Shown here: one piece after another, positions 18,670-26,757 of the stretch
Layout: each line of letters starts with the position of its first letter
Position numbering within the stretch: position 1 is the stretch's first letter
Source of the DNA: Crocinitomicaceae bacterium
GTDB taxonomy: Bacteria > Bacteroidota > Bacteroidia > Flavobacteriales_D > Crocinitomicaceae
Direction: 5' to 3'
NCBI GenBank assembly: GCA_022447585.1
Contig: JAKVAR010000009.1
Location: 57,133-121,132 of the forward strand
Length of the DNA stretch: 64,000 nucleotides
Position numbers and translations under genes: made by a program
The notes under the pieces: model-generated
The model's database searches: none
Seen by the model: only the letters and a program-made list of their open reading frames with translations
Told to the model about the DNA's origin: nothing

Positions 18670-19746
18670 ATGCAAAATTTAATAGCATTTATTTGCTTCT
18701 TTTTTCTTTTTTATTCTAATGCTCAAATAGTTCCAGTTGTGGATTTTAGCGGGTATTTTAAAAACTTTCAGGATGGTTTTTTTCGTCAGTTAGAATTTCA
18801 ACCAATAAAAGAGTTTAAATCTGGAGATAATATTCTTGCTTACGTCGATTATCGAGGGAATTTACGTGTTTATGATGGAAAAGATAGACATGATATTTCG
18901 AATATGAATGTTGAATATGAAATCTCGGATAATTTATTGATTTGGAAAATAGGAGAGACGCTTAATATGTGGGATGAAACTGGAAAGAGAACACTCTCTT
19001 TTAATGTTCGTAATTATTGGGTGCGAGATAATATTGTAGTGTTTGAAGATATGCGGTTTGGTTCTGTTAGCGTGTATTATAACGGTAGTGTTTACCCACT
19101 TTATACATCAATGGGGGAGCTAGATTCACCAGATTTTATTGGTGAGAATATTGTCGCTTTTAGAGATAATGGAAATTTCCATAAGGTTTTTTGGAATGGC
19201 CGTATTTATGATATTGATGTTTGGCATAATGCATTTTATTTCGAAGGTGGAACGGATATTCTTGCGTTTAATGATCCAGTTAATGGAACATTCGCTGTTT
19301 TTGATAGAGGTGAGTTTATCGATGTTGAAGATTTTTACATGGATACATATAAAGCAGGACGAGGATTTGTTGTTTATGAGAATAGAAATGGGGATTTAAT
19401 GTACTACGCTGATGGTAAAATTAAACAGCTAACAAACTTTGGTGCAGATTATTGGGAAGTAAAAGATGATGTAGTGGTTTGGGGTGAAAACTCCTTTTTT
19501 TATGCCTATACGAATGGAGAGAAAATTGAAGTTGCGAGATATAAACCTCAAGAATATTTACTTAAAAACAATACAATAGCGTTTAGAAATTTAATGGGAG
19601 GAGTAAGTGCAGTGGTGGATGGTAACATTGTTGAAATTACAAATCAAATGAATTCTACATTTTCCATTCATACCAATATGGTTTTAGTTCAGTTGTTTAA
19701 CAATAGCTATATCCTATTTTCTGAAGGGAAGACCTATGAGATGTAA
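18670..19746 (+). CDS. Hypothetical secreted protein
   Basis: 358-aa ORF with an N-terminal signal-like segment IAFICFFFLFYSNAQ. The sequence is rich in aromatic and Gly residues (beta-rich). No family recognised. Confidence 0.55.
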   Translation: MQNLIAFICFFFLFYSNAQIVPVVDFSGYFKNFQDGFFRQLEFQPIKEFKSGDNILAYVDYRGNLRVYDGKDRHDISNMNVEYEISDNLLIWKIGETLNMWDETGKRTLSFNVRNYWVRDNIVVFEDMRFGSVSVYYNGSVYPLYTSMGELDSPDFIGENIVAFRDNGNFHKVFWNGRIYDIDVWHNAFYFEGGTDILAFNDPVNGTFAVFDRGEFIDVEDFYMDTYKAGRGFVVYENRNGDLMYYADGKIKQLTNFGADYWEVKDDVVVWGENSFFYAYTNGEKIEVARYKPQEYLLKNNTIAFRNLMGGVSAVVDGNIVEITNQMNSTFSIHTNMVLVQLFNNSYILFSEGKTYEM

Positions 19747-19792
19747 ATCAAATTATTTTTGGCTTAAATTCAAAAGAACCAATTTGTCTTGG

Positions 19793-19800
19793 TATCTTTG
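19793..19800 (+). promoter_or_regulatory. Candidate -7 promoter box TATCTTTG
   Basis: Exact TAnnTTTG match 17-29 nt upstream of the two candidate ATGs of the DUF4494 gene. Confidence 0.4.
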
Positions 19801-19816
19801 TGGATTCAATTCTTAA

Positions 19817-20443
19817 ATGATCAATGCTATGAATAACTGGTTCACAGTAAAAGTAAAGTATACAAAACAACTTGATAATGGAGCATTAAAAAGAGTTTCA
19901 GAACCGTATTTATTGGCGGCAATGACTTTTACCGATGCCGAAGCAAGAATCTATGAAGAACTTGGGAGTGTAATTCGTGGAGAATTTACAGTAACAGGTA
20001 TTTCTCGAACTGAAATTCACGATATTTTCGCTTACGATGATGAGGATGTTTGGTATAAATGCAAGGTTACTTATGAAAACATTGATGCAGATGGTGAAAA
20101 GGCAAAAAAAGTTTCTCAGAACTTTTTAGTTTCTGCGGCTTCAGTGAAGCAAGCATACGAAAGAATTAAAGAGAGTCTTCACGGATTAATGGTTGATTTC
20201 CAAATTCCATCAATTATGGTTTCTCCAATTGTTGAGATTTTCCCATACAATGAAGAGTTAGATAAGGAAATTTCTAGAAGACCTATAGAGGAAGGGGAAG
20301 AGTTTGAACTAACTAATTCAAAAGGACCAGTATTTTCTGCATCTGGATCTGATTCTGATGACGAAGACGAAGATCAAGAAGAAATGGATTCGACTGAAAG
20401 GGTTGAAAGCGAAGTTGAAGATGATTTCGATTCAGAAGATTAA
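19817..20443 (+). CDS. DUF4494-like protein with highly acidic C-terminal tail
   Basis: The N-terminus WFTVKVKYTKQLDNGALKRVSEPYLLAAMTFTDAEARIYEEL matches my recollection of DUF4494. The C-terminal ~40 aa are D/E-rich. The true start may be the ATG at 19829 (MNNWF). Confidence 0.65.
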   Translation: MINAMNNWFTVKVKYTKQLDNGALKRVSEPYLLAAMTFTDAEARIYEELGSVIRGEFTVTGISRTEIHDIFAYDDEDVWYKCKVTYENIDADGEKAKKVSQNFLVSAASVKQAYERIKESLHGLMVDFQIPSIMVSPIVEIFPYNEELDKEISRRPIEEGEEFELTNSKGPVFSASGSDSDDEDEDQEEMDSTERVESEVEDDFDSED

Positions 20444-20446
20444 ATT

Positions 20447-21091
20447 ATGAAGGAGATATTAAATCAATTTCGTTTAGGTCACCATGAATTTGAAAATGGT
20501 AGACTTGAAGGTTTTGAAGGATTAAATCCGTTTGACTTATTTGAGTTGTGGACAACGGAGGCCGTAGAGAATAAAGAGCGTGAACCAAACGCTTTCGCTT
20601 TATCTACGGTTAATTCTGATGGACAACCGAGTTCTCGTATTTTGTACTTGAAAGATATTGTTGAAAATCAACTTGTTTTTTATACAAATTATAGGAGTAA
20701 GAAGGCGTTACAAATAGCTGAAAACAGCAAGGTTTCAATGTTGTTTTTCTGGCCTGAATCTTCAAGGCAAATTCGTATAGAAGGGGTATGTTCAAAAGTT
20801 GTTCCGGAAATTAGTGACGACTATTTTAAGTCTAGACCTAGAGGTAGTCAGATTGGTGCATGGGCTTCTCATCAAAGTGAGGAGTTAGCTGATAGGAAAG
20901 CCCTAGAAGATAGAGTTAAAATGTACGAAGAGGAATTTACAGATGAGGTTCCAAGACCAGCGTTCTGGGGAGGGTACCAAGTTCAGCCTACTGCTTTTGA
21001 ATTTTGGCAAGGTCGCCCGTCTCGATTGCATGATAGAATTTTATTTACTCCGGAAAAGGACTCTTGGAAGATCCATAAATTGAATCCATAA
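20447..21091 (+). CDS. pdxH: Pyridoxamine 5'-phosphate oxidase
   Basis: 214 aa with RILYLK..FYTNY.S.K and C-terminal FEFWQGRPSRLHDR signature. Confidence 0.92.
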   Translation: MKEILNQFRLGHHEFENGRLEGFEGLNPFDLFELWTTEAVENKEREPNAFALSTVNSDGQPSSRILYLKDIVENQLVFYTNYRSKKALQIAENSKVSMLFFWPESSRQIRIEGVCSKVVPEISDDYFKSRPRGSQIGAWASHQSEELADRKALEDRVKMYEEEFTDEVPRPAFWGGYQVQPTAFEFWQGRPSRLHDRILFTPEKDSWKIHKLNP

Positions 21092-21100
21092 TATAAATTA

Positions 21101-22333
21101 ATGCTGGAAATTAAACCTGAGTTTTTTAAACTATCAAATGGAATTCAAGTCGTGTTTCTTCCTTCAGACGCCTTTGTGGCTCATATGGGGGTAATGATTC
21201 ATGGTGGTTCTAGATTTGAGAAAGAAAATGAAGAGGGTTTAGCTCACTTTCTAGAACATTGCATTTTTAAGGGAACAAAAAAACGTAAAGCGTTTGATAT
21301 ATTTTCAGACCTGGATTCGGTAGGAGGAGAATTAAATGCATACACCAATAAAGAAGAGATCTGTGTTCATGCTTCATTTAGAAAAAATCATTTCGAGATT
21401 GCTTCTGAATTGTTAGGCGACATTGTTCAAAATGCGAATTTTCCAGAAGAGGAAATTCAAAAGGAAAAAGAAGTTGTATTAGATGAAATCATCTCCTATA
21501 TGGATAGTCCTTCTGAAAGAATTTTTGATGATTTTGAATCTCATATATTTAAAGGAAATTCTTTAGGGTATAATATTCTTGGTACTAAAAAGACCGTGAA
21601 TTCATTTACAAGAGATGATTTGTTAAGTTATGTTGATCGTCATTTTACGCCAGGAAACATGGTTATATCATTTGTTGGTGGCGTCTCTGTTGGTCAGTTA
21701 AAAACATTTCTTGAAAGGGATTTTGGTGGCCTTGATCGGGCGGCGAAAGAAAAATATTCAGCATCATTATTACGGTTTGAACCTTTTCAAATTAAAGAAC
21801 GAAAAGCAAATTTTCAAACCCATACATTGATTGGTGGAAGGGCGCCTTCATATAACGATTCGGGTAAAAGAGGAATGACTCTATTAACGAATGTTCTTGG
21901 AGGTCCGGCGCTTAATTCAAGATTAACTTTATCTATTCGTGAAAAATATGGGTACGCATATAATATTGAAGCTAATTATACGGCTTATTCAGATGTAGGT
22001 TTTTGGAGTGTTTATATGGGGACGGATAAGAAGTATCTTAAAAAAGCCATATCCTTGATTTATGATGAGTTGAATTTGATTTGTGAAAAGAACCTAACAT
22101 CAAAAGAATTAGAACAGGCCAAAGAACAATTGAAAGGTCATATTGCCTTATCTCTTGACTCTAATATGGAAATGATGTTTAGTTTAGCAAAGAGTTTAAT
22201 GATTCATGGTCGTGTTGATACTATGGAAGAAGTTTATAGTCAGGTTGATGCTATCACATTAAGCGAGCTTGAAATAATTGCAGGGCGTAATTTTGCAAAG
22301 AATAATTTAGCTGAATTAATATACCAATTCTAA
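21101..22333 (+). CDS. M16-family zinc peptidase
   Basis: HFLEHCIFKGT (HxxEH) motif and ~410 aa two-domain M16 length. Confidence 0.85.
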   Translation: MLEIKPEFFKLSNGIQVVFLPSDAFVAHMGVMIHGGSRFEKENEEGLAHFLEHCIFKGTKKRKAFDIFSDLDSVGGELNAYTNKEEICVHASFRKNHFEIASELLGDIVQNANFPEEEIQKEKEVVLDEIISYMDSPSERIFDDFESHIFKGNSLGYNILGTKKTVNSFTRDDLLSYVDRHFTPGNMVISFVGGVSVGQLKTFLERDFGGLDRAAKEKYSASLLRFEPFQIKERKANFQTHTLIGGRAPSYNDSGKRGMTLLTNVLGGPALNSRLTLSIREKYGYAYNIEANYTAYSDVGFWSVYMGTDKKYLKKAISLIYDELNLICEKNLTSKELEQAKEQLKGHIALSLDSNMEMMFSLAKSLMIHGRVDTMEEVYSQVDAITLSELEIIAGRNFAKNNLAELIYQF

Positions 22334-22390
22334 TAATGTTTAATTAATCAACTTGTAAGTCGTCTTAATCTGAAGCTAAATAATGCTTAA

Positions 22391-22660
22391 ATGATCGATA
22401 TAATAGCTAACTTTTTTAAGCAATCAAGAGAAGAATCGATAAATAAAACTCCAGAAGGTATGTGTCCGAATTGTTGGGGCACACAAGAGTGTGATGAAAT
22501 AATCCGTGAGTTTTATGATGACAAGTAAATTGATGTGAATAATCATGAGGCAAATTATGCTTTTATTCAAAAGTTTGTCGTTGAAAAAATTGATGGGATT
22601 CATTTGAAAAAAGGGAATTCTGGACTTGAATGTCCAACTTGTCGAGCGAAAAATTCTTGA
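22391..22660 (+). pseudogene. Small double-CxxC zinc-ribbon protein gene interrupted by an in-frame TAA (codon 46)
   Basis: My translation is MIDIIANFFKQSREESINKTPEGMCPNCWGTQECDEIIREFYDDK*IDVNNHEANYAFIQKFVVEKIDGIHLKKGNSGLECPTCRAKNS*. Both halves are in one frame (TAA at 22526-22528, TGA at 22658-22660). Each half carries one CxxC. Confidence 0.5.
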
Positions 22661-22722
22661 ACTTTGCGATTATCTGTCTAATTCTGAACTGAATCCATTT
22701 AAAATAGTTAATTTCAGAGATA

Positions 22723-23964
22723 ATGAAATTTACAGAACTAAACCTAGACGAGCAATTGCTCGAGGCTATATCATATATGGGGTTCGAGAATGCTACTCCA
22801 ATTCAAGAAAAAGCAATCCCTTTAATTTTAGATAATCGTGACTTAATAGCCTGCGCTCAAACCGGCACGGGTAAGACAGGGGCTTTTGTTTTACCAATTT
22901 TAAATAAGCTTGTAGGGAAAAAAGATAGTAGTGTTAATACACTAATTGTTGTTCCTACGCGCGAATTGGCAATTCAGATTGAGCAGCAAATTCAAGGTCT
23001 TTCCTATTTTGTTTCAGTTGGGTCTATGGCAATCTATGGAGGTGGTGGTGGAAAAGATTGGGATAATGAAAAAGATGCATTAGTCAATGGTAGAGATATT
23101 ATTGTTGCAACACCAGGTAAATTGTTAGCCCATTTAAAATTAGGCTATGTTAAGTTCGATAAGGTTGAGCACTTTATTCTGGACGAAGCTGACCGTATGT
23201 TGGATATGGGCTTTATAGATGATTTGAAAAAAATTATTTCTTACCTTCCTAAAAAACATCAAACTTTATTGTTTAGCGCTACAATGCCCAAAACTATTTC
23301 AGAACTTGCTAAAAGAATTTTAGTAAATCCCGCTGAAATAAAACTTTCCATTAGTAAGCCAGCAGAAGGGGTAAAACAACAATTGTATTTAACATATGAT
23401 AATCAAAAAATTCCTGTGCTATGCCATATATTAAAAGAGCGAAAGGATTATGATAGTATTATTGTTTTTACATCAACAAAAAGTAAGGTTTCCGAAATCG
23501 TTAGTCAGTTAAGGAAATCGGGGTTCCCAGCCCAGGGAATATCTTCGAACCTAGAACAAGATAGAAGAGAAGAAGTTTTACGCGGGTTTAGGTCCAAACG
23601 AATTAGAATACTTGTTGCTACGGATGTAATGAGTAGAGGTATTGATATCAAGGAGATTAACATGGTTGTTAATTATGATGTGCCTCATGATGCAGAAGAT
23701 TATGTGCATAGAGTTGGTAGAACAGCAAGAGCAAATACAAAAGGTGAAGCATTTACATTGGTAAATCAAAAGGATATGTTCCGAATGAGGAAGATTGAAG
23801 CATTAATTGAAACAAGTCTTCCTAAATCAAACCCTAATGAAGAAATAGGTGATGGGCCTAAGTGGGAAGAACGCTCTGTTAAGCCTCAAGGGAAAAAGAA
23901 ACGCTATAATAATAGAAAAAAAAGAAATTTTAAGTTAAAGAAAAAGCACGGAGATAAATCGTAA
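22723..23964 (+). CDS. rhlE: DEAD-box ATP-dependent RNA helicase (RhlE-like) with basic C-terminal tail
   Basis: Q-motif F..ATPIQ, then AQTGTGKT, DEAD, SAT, HRVGRTAR, and a K/R-rich tail. Confidence 0.9.
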   Translation: MKFTELNLDEQLLEAISYMGFENATPIQEKAIPLILDNRDLIACAQTGTGKTGAFVLPILNKLVGKKDSSVNTLIVVPTRELAIQIEQQIQGLSYFVSVGSMAIYGGGGGKDWDNEKDALVNGRDIIVATPGKLLAHLKLGYVKFDKVEHFILDEADRMLDMGFIDDLKKIISYLPKKHQTLLFSATMPKTISELAKRILVNPAEIKLSISKPAEGVKQQLYLTYDNQKIPVLCHILKERKDYDSIIVFTSTKSKVSEIVSQLRKSGFPAQGISSNLEQDRREEVLRGFRSKRIRILVATDVMSRGIDIKEINMVVNYDVPHDAEDYVHRVGRTARANTKGEAFTLVNQKDMFRMRKIEALIETSLPKSNPNEEIGDGPKWEERSVKPQGKKKRYNNRKKRNFKLKKKHGDKS

Positions 23965-24028
23965 TGCATAACGTTCTGTAAGTCGTAACATTTGTGTCTG
24001 TTTTTCATTGAAAATTGAACTAGAATTA

Positions 24029-24036
24029 TATCTTTG
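24029..24036 (+). promoter_or_regulatory. Candidate -7 promoter box TATCTTTG
   Basis: TAnnTTTG match 36 nt upstream of the ATG at 24072. Confidence 0.4.
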
Positions 24037-24071
24037 GAATAACAAAACAAGTCAAACCAAAAAAAATACAG

Positions 24072-24332
24072 ATGGGTTATTACAAAACAATCGACGGAAA
24101 AAAGTATGATGGAGAGATCCTAGAATTAGCTGAATCTTTAGTTGATGGTGAAGGGGATGGAAGAATCTCTAAAGCAGATGCTGAGAAATTGTTTGAAGCT
24201 GTTCGTGATGGAAATTCTTATACGGATATCGAAAAGGATACGATGGCTTACGTTAGAGATAACTTCAAATGGACTGAGGCTGCTGATGAATGGTTCAGAA
24301 CTGAAATTCGTAAGTGGGCCGCAACTAAATAG
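24072..24332 (+). CDS. Hypothetical small protein
   Basis: 86-aa ORF flanked by its own -7 box and a strong terminator. No family recognised. Confidence 0.6.
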   Translation: MGYYKTIDGKKYDGEILELAESLVDGEGDGRISKADAEKLFEAVRDGNSYTDIEKDTMAYVRDNFKWTEAADEWFRTEIRKWAATK

Positions 24333-24353
24333 GCATTTTTACTTTATATGAAA

Positions 24354-24384
24354 GGCTGCTCTTTATAAGTGCAGCCTTTTTTTT
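24354..24384 (+). terminator. Rho-independent terminator
   Basis: GGCTGC / GCAGCC stem with an 11-nt loop, followed by T8. Confidence 0.75.
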
Positions 24385-24494
24385 GTAGGGGTGCTTTGTG
24401 TTTTTTTAACCTTTTTTTACCGTGCACCCCCTAAATAAATAGGGGGGGTCGTAAAATTTATGTTTTTTATAATGTCTCCATTCGATTTTTAGCT

Positions 24495-24502
24495 TAGATT
24501 TG
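24495..24502 (+). promoter_or_regulatory. Candidate -7 promoter box TAGATTTG for glnN
   Basis: TAnnTTTG match that overlaps the TTG at 24500 used by the ORF track. This argues that translation starts at the ATG at 24521. Confidence 0.45.
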
Positions 24503-24520
24503 CAAAAAAAACTTTTTCTG

Positions 24521-26707
24521 ATGGCGAATCAAAGAATGCAAGCGTATTATGATGTTCTTCATAGAACACCAAAACCAATCGAATTTGACGGTAAGATTTC
24601 TGAACTGTTTGGTGAAAATGTATTTCACGCAGACGTAATGAGAGAATACCTTCCAAGTGAAGCTTATAAGTCTATGATGGCTTCCATTAATAATGGGACT
24701 CAATTAGATAGAAAAATGGCAGATCAAGTTGCTTCAGCAATGAAAGATTGGTCTTTAACTAAAGGTGCAACTCATTATACTCACTGGTTTCAGCCTTTAA
24801 CGGGTGCAACTGCTGAGAAGCATGATGCTTTTTTTAAACCTGTTGGTCCAGGAAGAGCAATTGAACAATTTGACGGAGAATTATTAGTTCAGCAAGAACC
24901 AGATGCTTCTTCTTTCCCAAATGGAGGGATAAGAAATACTTTTGAGGCTAGAGGTTATACTGCTTGGGATCCATCTTCTCCAGCATTCGTTATTGATAAG
25001 ACTCTTTGTATTCCTACTATCTTTATTGCATATACAGGAGAAGCATTGGATTATAAAATGCCTCTTTTAAAAGCATTGCATGCGGTTAATGAAGCTGCTG
25101 TAGATGTTTGTCAGTACTTTGATAAAAACGTAACTAAAACAACAGCTACTTTAGGTTGGGAGCAGGAATATTTTCTAGTGGATAAGGCACTTTTTAATTC
25201 ACGTCCTGATCTAATGATGACTGGTAGAGCTCTCTTTGGTCATGCCTCTGCGAAAGGTCAACAATTAGATGACCATTATTTCGGATCGATTACTGGCCGT
25301 GTTACTGCTTTTATGCGTGAGTTCGAAATTGAATCTATTCGTTTAGGTATACCTGTTACAACGCGTCACAATGAGGTTGCACCAAATCAATTTGAATGTG
25401 CTCCAATCTTTGAAGAGTGTAACTTAGCTAATGATCATAATTTATTATTAATGGATATTATGGAGAAAGTTGCTCGAAAGCATGATTTCCGTATTCTTTT
25501 CCATGAGAAACCGTTCGCAGGGGTTAATGGCTCTGGTAAGCATAATAATTGGTCGTTAAGCACAGATACAGGTGTGAATTTATTGGCTCCTGGGAAAAAC
25601 CCGAAAAGTAACTTGCAATTCTTGACATTCTTCGTGAATACGATTAAAGCGATTCATGATAATGCTGATTTATTAAGAGCTTGTATTGCTGGTGCAGGAA
25701 ATGATCACCGTTTAGGTGCGAATGAGGCTCCTCCAGCTATTATCTCAGCATTCATTGGTTCTCAATTAACCGAGTTATTAGATAACATTGAGAAAAACGT
25801 GAAAGCTGGAAAAATGACTCCAGAGGAGAAAACAGAATTGAAACTGAATATCGGTAAGATTCCTCAAATTTTACTCGATAATACTGATAGAAATAGAACC
25901 TCTCCTTTTGCTTTCACAGGGAATAAATTTGAGTTTAGAGCTGTTGGTTCTTCTGCAAATTGTTCTTCTGCAATGATTGTCTTGAATACAATTATGGCAA
26001 ATCAATTAAAAGAGTTTAAGGTTAACGTTGATGCTCGCATTAAGTCTGGAGATAGCAAAGATGAAGGGATTTTAAAAGAACTTCAACAATTAATTAAAGA
26101 TTCTAAGAAAATTCGTTTCGAAGGAAATGGATATGGTGAAGAATGGGTTAAAGAGGCTGAGTCTAGAGGTTTGTCTAATTTGAAAGATACTCCACGTGCT
26201 TTACAAGTATGGGCCGACAAAGGTGTTCAAGATTTATTTGATAAAATGAACGTTCTTACTCCTAGAGAATTAGTTGCACGTCAAGATATTGAATTTGAAA
26301 ACTACATTCATAAAATTCAAATTGAAGCTCGTGTTATTGGGGAGATGGTTCATAATTATATCGTTCCTGCTGCTGTAGCATATCAAAACAAATTGATTAA
26401 GAATATAAAAGGTTTAACAGAGGTTTTAGGTGATAAAGCCGGAAAAGCTGCTGCTAAATCTCAAGTTGAAATAATTGAAAAAATCTCAGAGCATCTAAAT
26501 AAAATGAATGAGTTGAGTGATGCAATGTTAGCTTCTCGTAAGAAAGCAAATAAAGTTGAGGAAAACGAAGCTAAAGCCGTTGCTTATTGCGATACGGTTA
26601 AAGTTTATTTCGATGAAATTCGTTACAACGTTGATAAGCTGGAACTGCTTATTGATGATGAAGAGTGGAGATTGCCAAAATTCAGAGAGATGTTGTTTAC
26701 GAGATAA
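24521..26707 (+). CDS. glnN: Glutamine synthetase type III
   Basis: ~728 aa. The segment ...MREYLPSEAYKSMMASINNGTQLDRKMADQVASAMKDWSLTKGATHYTHWFQPLTGATAEKHDAF is characteristic of Bacteroides-type GSIII. I moved the start from TTG 24500 to ATG 24521. Confidence 0.92.
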   Translation: MANQRMQAYYDVLHRTPKPIEFDGKISELFGENVFHADVMREYLPSEAYKSMMASINNGTQLDRKMADQVASAMKDWSLTKGATHYTHWFQPLTGATAEKHDAFFKPVGPGRAIEQFDGELLVQQEPDASSFPNGGIRNTFEARGYTAWDPSSPAFVIDKTLCIPTIFIAYTGEALDYKMPLLKALHAVNEAAVDVCQYFDKNVTKTTATLGWEQEYFLVDKALFNSRPDLMMTGRALFGHASAKGQQLDDHYFGSITGRVTAFMREFEIESIRLGIPVTTRHNEVAPNQFECAPIFEECNLANDHNLLLMDIMEKVARKHDFRILFHEKPFAGVNGSGKHNNWSLSTDTGVNLLAPGKNPKSNLQFLTFFVNTIKAIHDNADLLRACIAGAGNDHRLGANEAPPAIISAFIGSQLTELLDNIEKNVKAGKMTPEEKTELKLNIGKIPQILLDNTDRNRTSPFAFTGNKFEFRAVGSSANCSSAMIVLNTIMANQLKEFKVNVDARIKSGDSKDEGILKELQQLIKDSKKIRFEGNGYGEEWVKEAESRGLSNLKDTPRALQVWADKGVQDLFDKMNVLTPRELVARQDIEFENYIHKIQIEARVIGEMVHNYIVPAAVAYQNKLIKNIKGLTEVLGDKAGKAAAKSQVEIIEKISEHLNKMNELSDAMLASRKKANKVEENEAKAVAYCDTVKVYFDEIRYNVDKLELLIDDEEWRLPKFREMLFTR

Positions 26708-26720
26708 TATGAGTTTACAC

Positions 26721-26755
26721 AAAAAAAAGGGTGTCAAATTGACTCCCTTTTTTTT
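26721..26755. terminator. Bidirectional rho-independent terminator between convergent genes
   Basis: A8-GGGTGTC-AAATT-GACTCCC-T8 (one mismatch in the stem). It serves glnN (+) and the 26758-28200 gene (-). Confidence 0.7.
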
Positions 26756-26757
26756 GC

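Noticed and set aside
22626-22835. 69-aa plus-strand ORF spanning the end of the zinc-ribbon pseudogene and the start of the DEAD-box helicase.
   Set aside because: It is out of frame with both neighbours and overlaps the helicase Q-motif region. No supporting signals were seen.
24142-24351. Alternative-frame 69-aa ORF inside the 24072-24332 gene, and ORF 24494-24703 on the minus strand.
   Set aside because: These are shadow frames. The 24072 frame has the promoter box and terminator, and the minus-strand ORF lies antisense to the conserved GSIII N-terminus.
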